From NCBI RefSeq assembly GCF_009914755.1, contig NC_060948.1: a stretch of 64,000 bases of DNA; one strand, written 5' to 3'. Positions 1 through 15,000 of the stretch are shown here, one piece after another. The notes beneath the pieces were generated by a model that saw nothing but the letters and a program-made list of their open reading frames with translations, searched no databases and was not told where the DNA came from. Each line of letters opens with the position of its first letter. The first letter of the stretch is position 1. This stretch comes from the human T2T-CHM13v2.0 reference genome, Homo sapiens. The translations under genes and the position numbers were made by a program.

Positions 1-842
1 CATTCCATTTCATTCCATTCCTTTCTATTCCATTCCATTTCATTCGATTTGATTCCATTCTGTTCTATTCCATTCAATTCTTTTTCATTCCATTCGAATC
101 CTTTCTATTGCAGTCCATTCCATTCGAGTCCATTCTAATCCCTTCCATTCCATTCCATTACAGTCCATTCCAATAGATTCCATTCCTTTGCCTTCCATTC
201 GAATCCATTCCATTCTAGTCCATTCCATTTGAGTCAATTCCATTCTATTCCTTTCCAATCCATTCGATTCCATTCGATTCAATTCCATTTGATTCTCTTT
301 CATTCTATTTTATTCCATGCCACTTGATTGCATTGCATTCCATTCCGTTTGATTCCAGTCCATTCAAGAAAGTTCCATTCCAGTCCATTGCTTTCGAGTC
401 CATTCCATTCCACTCTAGTCTATTCCACTCCATTCCTTTCCATTCCATTCCATACTATTCCATTCCATTCCTTTGCTTTCCGTTTCCAATCTATTCGAGT
501 CCATTACATTCCAGTCCAATCCATTCGATTACATTCTTTTGATTCCCTGCCAGTCGATTGCATTGCATACTAGACCATTCCAAACGAGTCCATTCCATTC
601 TATTTCAACACTTTCCATTCCACTCTGTTCGAGTCCATTCCATTCCAGTCCATTTAATTCAAGGGCATTCCATTCCATTCCATTCCATTTCCTATTATTC
701 CATTCCATTCAATTCCATTCGAGATGATTCCATTCCATTCTATACCATTGCTCTCTGTTCCATTCCATTCCATCTGTCTCCATTCCTTTCGTTTCGATTC
801 CTTTCCATTCCATTCCATTACAGTTGATCCTATTTTATTAAA
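1..842 (+). repeat. Partial DYZ1 unit U0 (3' part)
   Basis: Matches 3519-4360 at offset 3518. Confidence 0.9.
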
Positions 843-3800
843 TTGCATTCTATTCGAGTGATTTCCATTCGAGTCCTTTCCATTCGATTCCATTCCATTC
901 TATTCCATTCCTTTGGATTCCATTCCGTTCCGTTCCGTTCACATCAATTCCTTCCGATTCCATTACATTCGATTTCTTGCCATTCGATTCCATTCCTTTT
1001 GACTCCATTTCATTCGATTCCATTCCATTCCATTAATTTCCATTCCATTCGAGACCTTTCCATTGCAGTCTTTTCCCTTCGAGTCCATTCCATTCGATTC
1101 CCTTCCATTCGATTCCATTCCATTGGAGTCCGTACTAGTTGAGTCCATTCTATTCCAGTCCATTAGTTTCGACTCCATTGCATTCGAGTGCATTCCATTC
1201 CGTGGCTGTCCATTCCATTTCGTTTGATGCCATTCCATAAGATTCCATTCAATTCGAGACCATTCTATTCCTGTCCATTCCTTGTGGTTCGATTCCATTT
1301 CACTCTAGTCCATTCCATTCCATTGAATTCCATTCGACTCTATTCCGTTCCATTCAATTCCATTCCTTTCGATTCCCTTTTTTTCGAGAACCTTCCATTA
1401 CACTCCCTTCCATTCCAGTGCATTCCATTCCAGTCTCTTCAGTTCGATTCCATTCCATTCGTTTCGATTCCATTCCATTCCAGCCCATTCCATTCCATTC
1501 CATTCCTTTCCTTTCCGTTTCATTAGATTCCATTGCATTCGATTCCATTCAATTCAATTCCGTGCTATTCAATTTGATTCATTTCCATTTAATTCCATTC
1601 CATTAGATTCCATTCCTTTCGATTCCAATCCTTTCGAATCCATTCCATTGGAGTGCATTCACTTCCAGAACATTCCATTCCAGTCGAATCCATTCGAGTA
1701 CATTCCATTAAAGTTCATTACATTCTAATACATTCCATTCCATTGCATTCCATTCCATTCCTTTCGATGCCATTCGATTCCATTCCATGCCAAATCATTG
1801 CATTCCTTTCCATTCCGTTCCTATCAATTCCATTCCATTCGATTTAGTTCGATTCTATTCACTTCCATTCCATTCGATTCCATTCCATTGGAGTCAATTC
1901 CTTTCGACACCCAGCCTTTCCAGTCAATGATTTTGGATTCCATTTTTTTGCATTCCATTACATTCTATGACATTCGATTCCGTTTCATTGCATTCCATTC
2001 CATACATTTTTATTCCATTCGAGATCGTAGCATTCCCCTTTATTCCAGGCCTGTCCATTACACTACATTCCCTTCCATTCCAATGAATTCCATTCCATTC
2101 CAATCCATTCCTTTCCTTTCGCTTGCATTCCATTCTATTCTCTTCTACTGCATACAATTTCACTCCATTCGTTCCCATTCCATTCAATTCCATTCCATTC
2201 AATTCCATTCCATTTGTTTCCATTCTCTTCGATTCCATTTCTTTATATTCCATGCCATTCGATTCCATTCTATTGGATTGCATTACATTCGTGTTCATTC
2301 CATTCCAGACCATTCCATTTGACTCCATTGCTTTCGAGCCCTTTCAATTTGAGTCCATTGTTTTCCAGTCCATTTCACTCCAGTCCATTACTATCCATTC
2401 CATACCATTCCATCCCATTCCATTCCATTCCATTGCATTCCATTGCATTCCATTCCATTCCATTCCATTGCACTGCACTCCATTCCATTACATTCTACTC
2501 TATTTGAGTCGATTTTATTGCATTAGATTCTATTCCATTGGATTACTTTCCATTCGATTACATTCCATTCATGTACATTCCATTCCAGTCAATTACATTC
2601 GAGTTCATTACATTACATTCCAGTATATTCCATTGTATTCGATCCCATTCCTTTCAATTCCATTTCATTCGACTCCATTATATTCGATTCCATTCCACTC
2701 GAATCCATTCCATTAGAGGACATTCCATTCCAATGCATTCCATTCCATTCCATAGCATTCCAATGCATTCCATTCCATTCCATTTGATGCCATTCCATGA
2801 CATTCCATTCCATTCGAGTCCATTCCGTTCCAATTCATTCCATTCCGTTTCATGAAATTCGAGTCCTTTCCAGTACATTTCATTCCAATCCCATCCAATC
2901 CAATCTACTCCATTCAATTCCTTTCCATTCCATTTGATTAGATTCCATTGATTTGATTCCATTCAGTTTGATTCCATTCCGTGAAATTTTGTTCCATTCT
3001 ATTCCATTGCTTTACTTTCCATTCAATTCCATTCCATTTCATTTCAGTCCATTCGCTTCCTTTCCTTTCGATTCAATTCCATTTCATTCCACTCCATTCT
3101 ATGCGATTTCATTCCAATCGATTCAATTCCATTCGATGACATTCCTTTCGTTTCCATTCCATTCGAGTCCATTCAATTTGAGCATTCGTGTCCATTCTAT
3201 TCGAGTCCATTCCATTACCGTCTATTCTATTCCCTTCCATTCCTGTTGATTCAATTTCATTCCCTTCCATTCGATTCCTTTCCATTCGATTCCATTCCTT
3301 TCCATTCCATTCCATTCGTTCCCATTCCATGTGATTTCATTCCATTACAGTCCATTATATTCGAGTCCACTCCACTCCATTCTATTACATTCAATTCCTT
3401 TTGAGTCCGTTCCATAACACTCCATTCATTTCGATTCCATTTCTTGCCAGTTTTCTTCCATTTTATTCCATTCCGTTCGATTCCATTCCATTCGATTGCA
3501 TTCATTTCGAATCCTTTCCATTCCATTTCATTCCATTCCTTTCTATTCCATTCCATTTCATTCGATTTGATTCCATTCTGTTCTATTCCATTCAATTCTT
3601 TTTCATTCCATTCGAATCCTTTCTATTGCAGTCCATTCCATTCGAGTCCATTCTAATCCCTTCCATTCCATTCCATTACAGTCCATTCCAATAGATTCCA
3701 TTCCTTTGCCTTCCATTCGAATCCATTCCATTCTAGTCCATTCCATTTGAGTCAATTCCATTCTATTCCTTTCCAATCCATTCGATTCCATTCGATTCAA

Positions 3801-4360
3801 TTCCATTTGATTCTCTTTCATTCTATTTTATTCCATGCCACTTGATTGCATTGCATTCCATTCCGTTTGATTCCAGTCCATTCAAGAAAGTTCCATTCCA
3901 GTCCATTGCTTTCGAGTCCATTCCATTCCACTCTAGTCTATTCCACTCCATTACTTTCCATTCCATTCCATACTATTCCATTCCATTCCTTTGCTTTCCG
4001 TTTCCAATCTATTCGAGTCCATTACATTCCAGTCCAATCCATTCGATTACATTCTTTTGATTCCCTGCCAGTCGATTGCATTGCATACTAGACCATTCCA
4101 AACGAGTCCATTCCATTCTATTTCAACACTTTCCATTCCACACCGTTCGAGTCCATTCCATTCCAGTCCATTTAATTCAAGGGCATTCCATTCCATTCCA
4201 TTCCATTTCCTATTATTCCATTCCATTCAATTCCATTCCAGATTATTCCATTCCATTCTATACCATTGCTCTCTGTTCCATTCCATTCCATCTGTCTCCA
4301 TTCCTTTCGTTTCGATTCCTTTCCATTCCATTCCATTACATTTGATCCTATTTTATTAAA
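843..4360 (+). repeat. DYZ1 unit U1, 3518 bp
   Basis: Landmark to landmark. GGCC at 2048. Only one TTTGATGCCATTCC copy at ~2783 (15 bp shorter than U2). Confidence 0.9.
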
Positions 4361-7300
4361 TTGCATTCTATTCGAGTGATTTCCATTCGAGTCCTTTCCA
4401 TTCGATTCCATTCCATTCTATTCCATTCCTTTGGATTCCATTCCGTTCCGTTCCGTTCACATCAATTCCTTGCGATTCCATTACATTCGATTTCTTGCCA
4501 TTCGATTCCATTCCTTTTGACTCCATTTCATTCGATTCCATTCCATTCCATTAATTTCCATTCCATTCGAGACCTTTCCATTGCAGTCTTTTCCCTTCGA
4601 GTCCATTCCATTCGATTCCCTTCCATTCGATTCCATTCCATTGGAGTCCGTACCAGTTGAGTCCATTCTATTCCAGTCCATTAGTTTCGACTCCATTGCA
4701 TTCGAGTGCATTCCATTCCGTGGCTGTCCATTCCATTTCGTTTGATGCCATTCCATAAGATTCCATTCAATTCGAGACCATTCTATTCCTGTCCATTCCT
4801 TGTGGTTCGATTCCATTTCACTCTAGTCCATTCCATTCCATTGAATTCCATTCGACTCTATTCCGTTCCATTCAATTCCATTCCTTTCGATTCCCTTTTT
4901 TTCGAGAACCTTCCATTACACTCCCTTCCATTCCAGTGCATTCCATTCCAGTCTCTTCAGTTCGATTCCATTCCATTCGTTTCGATTCCATTCCATTCCA
5001 GCCCATTCCATTCCATTCCATTCCTTTCCTTTCCGTTTCATTAGATTCCATTGCATTCGATTCCATTCAATTCAATTCCGTGCTATTCAATTTGATTCAT
5101 TTCCATTTAATTCCATTCCATTATATTCCATTCCTTTCGATTCCATTCCTTTCGAATCCATTCCATTGGAGTGCATTCACTTCCAGAACATTCCATTCCA
5201 GTCGAATCCATTCGAGTACATTCCATTAAAGTTCATTACATTCTAATACATTCCATTCCATTGCATTCCATTCCATTCCTTTCGATGCCATTCGATTCCA
5301 TTCCATGCCAAATCATTGCATTCCTTTCCATTCCGTTCCTATCAATTCCATTCCATTCGATTTAGTTCGATTCTATTCACTTCCATTCCATTCGATTCCA
5401 TTCCATTGGAGTCAATTCCTTTCGACACCCAGCCTTTCCAGTCAATGATTTTGGATTCCATTTTTTTGCATTCCATTACATTCTATGACATTCGATTCCG
5501 TTTCATTGCATTCCATTCCATACATTTTTATTCCATTCGAGACCGTAGCATTCCCCTTTATTCCAGGCCTGTCCATTACACTACATTCCCTTCCATTCCA
5601 ATGAATTCCATTCCATTCCAATCCTTTCCTTTCCTTTCGCTTGCATTCCATTCTATTCTCTTCTACTGCATACAATTTCACTCCATTCGTTCCCATTCCA
5701 TTCAATTCCATTCCATTCAATTCCATTCCATTTGTTTCCATTCTCTTCGATTCCATTTCTTTATATTCCATGCCATTCGATTCCATTCTATTGGATTGCA
5801 TTACATTCGTGTTCATTCCATTCCAGACCATTCCATTTGATTCCATTCCTTTCGAGCCCTTTCAATTTGAGTCCATTGTTTTCCAGTCCATTTCACTCCA
5901 GTCCATTACTATCCATTCCATACCATTCCATCCCATTCCATTCCATTCCATTGCATTCCATTGCATTCCATTCCATTCCATTCCATTGCACTGCACTCCA
6001 TTCCATTACATTCTACTCTATTTGAGTCCATTTTATTGCATTAGATTCTATTCCATTGGATTACTTTCCATTCGATTACATTCCATTCATGTACATTCCA
6101 TTCCAGTCAATTACATTCGAGTTCATTACATTACATTCCAGTATATTCCATTGTATTCGATCCCATTCCTTTCAATTCCATTTCATTCGACTCCATTATA
6201 TTCGATTCCATTCCACTCGAATCCATTCCATTAGAGGACATTCCATTCCAATGCATTCCATTCCATTCCATAGCATTCCAATGCATTCGATTCCATTCCA
6301 TTTGATGCCATTCCATTTGATGCCATTCCATGACATTCCATTCCATTCGAGTCCATTCCGTTCCAATTCATTCCATTCCGTTTCATGAAATTCGAGTCCT
6401 TTCCAGTACATTTCATTCCAATCCCATCCAATCCAATCTACTCCATTCAATTCCTTTCCATTCCATTTGATTATATTCCATTGATTTGATTCCATTCAGT
6501 TTGATTCCATTCCGTGAAATTTCGTTCCATTCTATTCCATTGCATTACTTTCCATTCAATTCCATTCCATTTCATTTCAGTCCATTCGCTTCCTTTCCTT
6601 TCGATTCAATTCCATTTGATTCCACTCCATTCTATGCGATTTCATTCCAATCGATTCAATTCCATTCGATGACATTCCTTTCGTTTCCATTCCATTCGAG
6701 TCCATTCAATTTGAGCATTCGTGTCCATTCTATTCGAGTCCATTCCATTACCGTCTATTCTATTCCCTTCCATTCCTGTTGATTCAATTTCATTCCCTTC
6801 CATTCGATTCCTTTCCATTCGATTCCATTCCTTTCCATTCCATTCCATTCGTTCCCATTCCATGTGATTTCATTCCATTACAGTCCATTATATTCGAGTC
6901 CACTCCACTCCATTCTATTACATTCAATTCCTTTTGAGTCCGTTCCATAACACTCCATTCATTTCGATTCCATTTCTTGCCAGTTTTCTTCCATTTTATT
7001 CCATTCCGTTCGATTCCATTCCATTCGATTGCATTCATTTCGAATCCTTTCCATTCCATTTCATTCCATTCCTTTCTATTCCATTCCATTTCATTCGATT
7101 TGATTCCATTCTGTTCTATTCCATTCAATTCTTTTTCATTCCATTCGAATCCTTTCTATTGCAGTCCATTCCATTCGAGTCCATTCTAATCCCTTCCATT
7201 CCATTCCATTACAGTCCATTCCAATAGATTCCATTCCTTTGCCTTCCATTCGAATCCATTCCATTCTAGTCCATTCCATTTGAGTCAATTCCATTCTATT

Positions 7301-7893
7301 CCTTTCCAATCCATTCGATTCCATTCGATTCAATTCCATTTGATTCTCTTTCATTCTATTTTATTCCATGCCACTTGATTGCATTGCATTCCATTCCGTT
7401 TGATTCCAGTCCATTCAAGAAAGTTCCATTCCAGTCCATTGCTTTCGAGTCCATTCCATTCCACTCTAGTCTATTCCACTCCATTCCTTTCCATTCCATT
7501 CCATACTATTCCATTCCATTCCTTTGCTTTCCGTTTCCAATCTATTCGAGTCCATTACATTCCAGTCCAATCCATTCGATTACATTCTTTTGATTCCCTG
7601 CCAGTCGATTGCATTGCATACTAGACCATTCCAAACGAGTCCATTCCATTCTATTTCAACACTTTGCATTCCACTCTGTTCGAGTCCATTCCATTCCAGT
7701 CCATTTAATTCAAGGGCATTCCATTCCATTCCATTCCATTTCCTATTATTCCATTCCATTCAATTCCATTCCAGATTATTCCATTCCATTCTATACCATT
7801 GCTCTCTGTTCCATTCCATTCCATCTGTCTCCATTCCTTTCGTTTCGATTCCTTTCCATTCCATTCCATTACATTTGATCCTATTTTATTAAA
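4361..7893 (+). repeat. DYZ1 unit U2, 3533 bp
   Basis: Landmark spacing. GGCC at 5566. Confidence 0.9.
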
Positions 7894-10800
7894 TTGCATT
7901 CTATTCGAGTGATTTCCATTCGAGTCCTTTCCATTCGATTCCCTTCCATTCTATTCCATTCCTTTGGATTCCATTCCGTTCCGTTCCGTTCACATCAATT
8001 CCTTGCGATTCCATTACATTCGATTTCTTGCCATTCGATTCCATTCCTTTTGACTCCATTTCATTCGATTCCATTCCATTCCATTAATTTCCATTCCATT
8101 CGAGACCTTTCCATTGCAGTCTTTTCCCTTCGAGTCCATTCCATTCGATTCCCTTCCATTCGATTCCATTCCATTGGAGTCCGTACCAGTTGAGTCCATT
8201 CTATTCCAGTCCATTAGTTTCGACTCCATTGCATTCGAGTGCATTCCATTCCGTGGCTGTCCATTCCATTTCGTTTGATGCCATTCCATAAGATTCCATT
8301 CAATTCGAGACCATTCTATTCCTGTCCATTCCTTATGGTTCGATTCCATTTCACTCTAGTCCATTCCATTCCATTGAATTCCATTCGACTCTATTCCGTT
8401 CCATTCAATTCCATTCCTTTCGATTCCCTTTTTTTCGAGAACCTTCCATTACACTCTCTTCCATTCCAGTGCATTCCATTCCAGTCTCTTCAGTTCGATT
8501 CCATTCCATTCGTTTCGATTCCATTCCATTCCAGCCCATTCCATTCCATTCCATTCCTTTCCTTTCCGTTTCATTAGATTCCATTGCATTCGATTCCATT
8601 CAATTCAATTCCGTGCTATTCAATTTGATTCATTTCCATTTAATTCCATTCCATCATATTCCATTCCTTTCGATTCCATTCCTTTCGAATCCATTCCATT
8701 GGAGTGCATTCACTTCCAGAACATTCCATTCCAGTCGAATCCATTCGAGTACATTCCATTAAAGTTCATTACATTCTAATACATTCCATTCCATTGCATT
8801 CCATTCCATTCCTTTCGATACCATTCGATTCCATTCCATGCCAAATCATTGCATTCCTTTCCATTCAGTTCCTATCAATTCCATTCCATTTGATTTAGTT
8901 CGATTCTATTCACTTCCATTCCATTCGATTCCATTCCATTGGAGTCAATTCCTTTCGACACCCAGCCTTTCCAGTCAATGATTTTGGATTCCATTTTTTT
9001 GCATTCCATTACATTCTATGACATTCGATTCCGTTTCATTGCATTCCATTCCATACATTTTTATTCCATTCGAGACCGTAGCATTCCACTTTATTCCAGG
9101 CCTGTCCATTACACTACATTACCTTCCATTCCAATGAATTCCATTCCATTCCAATCCATTCCTTTCCTTTCGCTTGCATTCCATTCTATTCTCTTCTACT
9201 GCATACAATTTCACTCCATTCGTTCCCATTCCATTCAATTCCATTCCATTCAATTCCATTCCATTTGTTTCCATTCTCTTCGATTCCATTTCTTTATGTT
9301 CCATGCCATTCGATTCCATTCTATTGGATTGCATTACATTCGTGTTCATTCCATTCCAGACCATTCCATTTGACTCCATTCCTTTCGAGCCCTTTCAATT
9401 TCAGTCCATTCTTTTCCAGTCCATTTCACTCCAGTCCAATACTATCCATTCCATACCATTCCATCCCATTCCATTCCATTCCATTGCATTCCATTGCATT
9501 CCATTCCATTCCATTCCATTCCATTGCACTGCACTCCATTCCATTACATTCTACTCTATTTGAGTCGATTTTATTGCATTAGATTCTATTCCATTGGATT
9601 ACTTTCCATTCGATTACATTCCAATCATGTACATTCCATTCCAATCAATTACATTCGAGTTCATTACATTACATTCCAGTACATTCCATTGTATTCGATC
9701 CCATTCCTTTCAATTCCATTTCATTCGACTCCATCATATTCGATTCCATTCCACTCGAATCCATTCCATTAGAGGACATTCCATTCCAATGCATTCCATT
9801 CCATTCCATAGCATTCCAATGCATTCGATTCCATTCCATTTGATGCCATTCCATTTGATGCCATTCCATGACATTCCATTCCATTCGAGTCCATTCCGTT
9901 CCAATTCATTCCATTCCGTTTCATGAAATTCGAGTCCTTTCAAGTACATTTCATTCCAATCCCATCCAATCCAATCTACTCCATTCAATTCCTTTCCATT
10001 CCATTTGATTATATTCCATTGATTTGATTCCATTCACTTTGATTCCATTCCGTGAAATTTCGTTCCATTCTATTCCATTGCATTACTTTCCATTCAATTC
10101 CATTCCATTTCATTTCAGTCCATTCGCTTCCTTTCCTTTTGATTCAATTCCATTTGATTCCACTCAATTCTATGCGATTTCATTCCAATCGATTCAATTC
10201 CATTCGATGACATTCCTTTCGTTTCCATTCCATTCGAGTCCATTCAATTTGAGCATTCGTGTCCATTCTATTCGAGTCCATTCCATTACCGTCTATTCTA
10301 TTCCCTTCCATTCCTGTTGATTCAATTTCATTCCCTTCCATTCGATTCCTTTCCATTCGATTCCATTCCTTTCCATTCCATTCCATTCGTTCCCATTCCA
10401 TGTGATTTCATTCCATTCCAGTCCATTATATTCGAGTCCACTCCACTCCATTCTATTACATTCAATTCCTTTTGAGTCCGTTCCATAACACTCCATTCAT
10501 TTCGATTCCATTTCTTGCCAGTTTTCTTCCATTTTATTCCATTCCGTTCGATTCCATTCCATTCGATTGCATTCCATTCGAATCCTTTCCATTCCATTTC
10601 ATTCCATTCCTTTCTATTCCATTCCATTTCATTCGATTTGATTCCATTCTGTTCTATTCCATTCAATTCTTTTTCATTCCATTCGAATCCTTTCTATTGC
10701 AGTCCATTCCATTCGAGTCCATTCCAATCCCTTCCGTTCCATTCCATTACAGTCCATTCCAATAGATTCCATTCCTTTGCCTTCCATTTGAATCCATTCC

Positions 10801-11442
10801 ATTCTAGTCCATTCCATTTGAGTCAATTCCATTCCATTCCATTCTATTACTTTCCAATCCATTCGATTCCATTCGATTCAATTCCATTTGATTCTCTTTC
10901 ATTCTATTTTATTCCATGCCATTTGATTGCATTGCATTCCATTCCGTTTGATTCCAGTCCATTCAAGAAAGTTCCATTCCAGTCCATTGTTTTCCAGTCC
11001 ATTCCATTCCACTCTAGTCTATTCCACTCCATTCCTTTCCATTCCATTCCATACTATTCCATTCCATTCCTTTGCTTTCCGTTTCCAATCTATTCGAGTC
11101 CATTGCATTCCAGTCCAATCCATTCGATTACATTCCTATTGATTCCCTGCCAGTCGATTGCATTGCATACTAGACCATTCCAAACGAGTCCATTCCATTC
11201 TATTTCAAAACTTTCCATTCCACTCTGTTCGAGTCCATTCCATTCCAGTCCATTTAATTCAAGGGCATTCCATTCCATTCCATTCCATTTCCTATTATTC
11301 CATTCCATTCAATTCCATTCCAGATGATTCCATTCCATTCTATACCATTGCTCTCTGTTCCATTCCATTCCATCTGTCTCCATTCCTTTCGTTTCGATTC
11401 CTTTCAATTCCATTCCATTACATTTGATCCTATTTTATTAAA
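7894..11442 (+). repeat. DYZ1 unit U3, 3549 bp
   Basis: Landmark spacing. GGCC at 9099. The 3' end lacks the U0-U2 private deletions. Confidence 0.9.
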
Positions 11443-14400
11443 TTGCATTCTATTCGAGTGATTTCCATTCGAGTCCTTTCCATTCGATTCCATTCCATTC
11501 TATTCCATTCCTTTGGATTCCATTCCGTTCCGTTCCGTTCACATCAATTCCTTGCGATTCCATTACATTCGATTTCTTGCCATTCGATTCCATTCCTTTT
11601 GACTCCATTTCATTCGATTCCATTCCATTCCATTAATTTCCATTCCATTCGAGACCTTTCCATTGCAGTCTTTTCCCTTCGAGTCCATTCCGTTCGATTC
11701 CCTTCCATTCGATTCCATTCCATTGGAGTCCGTACCAGTCGAGTCCATTATATTCCAGTCCATTAGTGTCGACTCCATTGCATTCGAGTGCATTCCATTC
11801 CGTGGCTGTCCATTCCATTCCGTTTGATGCCATTCCATACGATTCCATTTAATTCGAGACCATTCTATTCCTGTCCATTCCTTGTGGTTCGATTCCATTT
11901 CACTCTAGCCCATTCCATTCCATTGAATTCCATTCGACTATATTCCGTTCCATTCAATTCCATTCCTTTCGATTCCATTTTTTTCGAGAACCTTCCATTA
12001 CACTCCCTTCCATTCCAGTGCATTCCATTCCAGTCTCTTCAGTTCGATTCCATTCCATTCGTTTCGATTCCATTCCATTCCAGCCCATTCCATTCCATTC
12101 CATTCCTTTCCTTTCCGTTTCATTAGATTCCATTGCATTCGATTCCATTCAATTCAATTCCGTGCTATTCAAATTGATTCATTTCCATTTAATTCCACTC
12201 CATTAGATTCCATTCCTTTCGAATCCATTCCATTGGAGTCCATTCACTTCGAGAATATTACATTCCAGTCGAATCCATTCGAGTACATTCCATTAAAGTT
12301 CATTACATTCTAATACATTCCATTCCATTGCATTCCATTCCATTCCATTCGATGCCATTCGATTCCATTCCATGCCAAATCATTGCATTCCTTTCCATTC
12401 CGTTCCTATCAATTCCATTCCATTCGATTTAGTTCGATTCTATTCACTTCCATTCCATTCGATTCCATTCCATTGGAGTCAATTCCTTTCGACACCCAGC
12501 CTTTCCTGTCAATGATTTTGGAGTCCATTATTTGCATTCCATTACATTCTATGACATTCGATTCCGTTTCATTGTATTCCATTCGATACATTTTTATTCC
12601 ATTCGAGACCGTAGCATTCCAGTTTATTCCAGGCCTGTCCATTACACTACATTCCCTTCCATTCCAATGAATTCCATTCCATTCCAATCCATTCCTTTCC
12701 TTTCGCTTGCATTCCATTCTATTCTCTTCTACTGCATACAATTTCACTCCATTCGTTCCCATTCCATTCAATTCCATTCCATTCAATTCCATTCCATTTG
12801 TTTCCATTCTCTTCGATTCCATTTCTTCATATTCCATGCCATTCGATTCCATTCTATTGGATTGCATTACATTCGTGTTGATTCCATTCCAGACCATTCC
12901 ATTTGACTCCATTCCTTTCGAGCCCTTTCAATTTGAGTCCATTGCTTTCCAGTCCATTTCACTCCAGTCCATTACAATCCATTCCATACCATTCCATCCC
13001 ATTCCATTCCATTTCATTCCATTCCATTCCATTCCATTCCATTGCATTCCATTCCATTCCATTCCATTGCACTGCACTCCATTCCATTACATTCTATTCT
13101 ATTTGAGTCGATTTTATTGCATTAGATTCTATTCCATTGGACTACTTTCCATTCGATTACATTCCATTCATGTACATTCCATTCCAGTCAATTACATTCG
13201 ATTTCATTACATTACATTCTAGTATATTCCATTCTATTCGATCCCATTTCTTTCAATTCCATTTCATTCGACTCCATTATATTCGATTCCATTCCACTCG
13301 AATCCATTCCATTAGAGGACATTCCATTCCAATGCATTCCATTCCATTCCATAGCATTCCATTGCATTCGATTCCATTCCATTTGATGCCATTCCATTTG
13401 ATGCCATTCCATGACATTCCATTCCATTCGAGTCCATTCCGTTCCAATTCATTCCATTCCGTTTCATGAAATTCGAGTCCTTTCCAGTACATTTCATTCC
13501 AATCCCATCCAATCCAATCTACTCCATTCAATTCCTTTCCATTCCATTTGATTATATTCCATTGATTTGATTCCATTCAGTTTGATTCCATTCCGTGAAA
13601 TTTCGTTCCATTCTATTCCATTGCATTACTTTCCATTCCATTCCATTCCATTTCATTTCAGTCCATTCGCTTCCTTTCCTTTCGATTCAATTCCATTTGA
13701 TTCCACTCCATTCTATGCGATTTCATTCCAATCGATTCAATTCCATTCGATGACATTTCTTTCGTTTCCATTCTATTCGAGTCCATTCAATTTGAGCATT
13801 CGTGTCCATTCTATTCGAGTCCATTCCATTACCGTCTATTCTATTCCCTTCCATTCCTGTTGATTCAATTTCATTCCCTTCCATTCGATTCCATTCCATT
13901 CGATTCCATTCCTTTCCATTGCTTTCCATTCGTTCCCATTCCATGTGATTTCATTCCATTCCAGTCCATTATATTCGAGTCCACTCCACTCCATTCTATT
14001 ACATTCAATTCCCTTTGATTACGTTCCATAACACTCCATTCATTTCGATTCCATTTCTTGCCGGTTTTCTTCCGTTTTATTCCATTCCGTTCGATTCCAT
14101 TCCATTCGATTGCATTCCATTCGATTGCATTCCATTCGAATCCTTTCCATTCCATTTCATTCCATTACTTTTTATTCCATTCCATTTCATTCGATTTGAT
14201 TCCATTCTGTTCTACTCCATTCAATTCTTTTTCATTCCATTCGAATCCTTTCTATTGCAGTCCATTCCATTCGAGTCCATTCCAATCCCTTCCATTCCAT
14301 TCCATTACAGTCCATTCCAATAGATTCCATTCCTTTGCCTTCCATTCGAATCCATTCCATTCTAGTCCATTCCATTTGAGTCAATTCCATTCCATGCCAT

Positions 14401-15000
14401 TCTATTCCTTTCCAATCCATTCGATTCCATTCGATTCAATTCCATTTGATTCTCTTTCATTCTATTTTATTCCATGCCATTTGATTTCATTGCATTCCAT
14501 TCCGTTTGATTCCAGTCCATTCAAGAAAGTTCCATTCCAGTCCATTGCTTTCGAGTCCATTCCATTCCACTCTAGTCTATTCCACTCCATTCCTTTCCAT
14601 TCCATTCCATACTATTCCATTCCATTCGTTTGCTTTCCTTTTCCAATCTATTCGAGTCCATTGCATTCCAGTCCAATCCATTCGATTACATTCCTTTTGA
14701 TTCCCTGCCAGTCGATTGCATTGCATACTAGACCATTCCAAACGAGTCCATTCCATTCTATTTCAACACTTTCCATTCCACTCTGTTCGAGTCCATTCCA
14801 TTCCAGTCCATTTAATTCAAGGGCATTCCATTCCATTCCATTCCATTTCATATTATTCCATTACATTCAATTCCATTCCAGATGATTCCATTCCGTTCTA
14901 TACCATTGCTCTCTGTTCCATTCCATTCCATCTGTCTCCATTCCATTCGTTTCGATTCCTTTCCATTCCATTCCATTATATTTGATCCTGTTTTATTAAA
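11443..15000 (+). repeat. DYZ1 unit U4, 3558 bp (divergent singleton)
   Basis: Landmark spacing. GGCC at 12632. Indels at ~12210 (-15), ~12530 (-1) and ~14110 (+15). Confidence 0.9.

Noticed and set aside
831-845. AT-rich TATTTTATTAAATT as a TATA box or polyA signal (ATTAAA on +, AATAAA on -)
   Set aside because: It occurs once per unit in pentamer register, with no gene context or transcript evidence in the sequence. Used only as a landmark.
1697-2631. Possible internal sub-repeat (GTTCATTACATT at ~1713 and ~2603, 890 bp apart, about a quarter unit)
   Set aside because: I could not find matching landmarks at the other quarter positions. Short matches are expected in pentamer-derived sequence. 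A self-alignment would be needed.
2935-2960. DUX4-like motif TGATTAGATTC
   Set aside because: It mismatches the TAAYYBAATCA consensus at a conserved position, and most units read TGATTATATTC.
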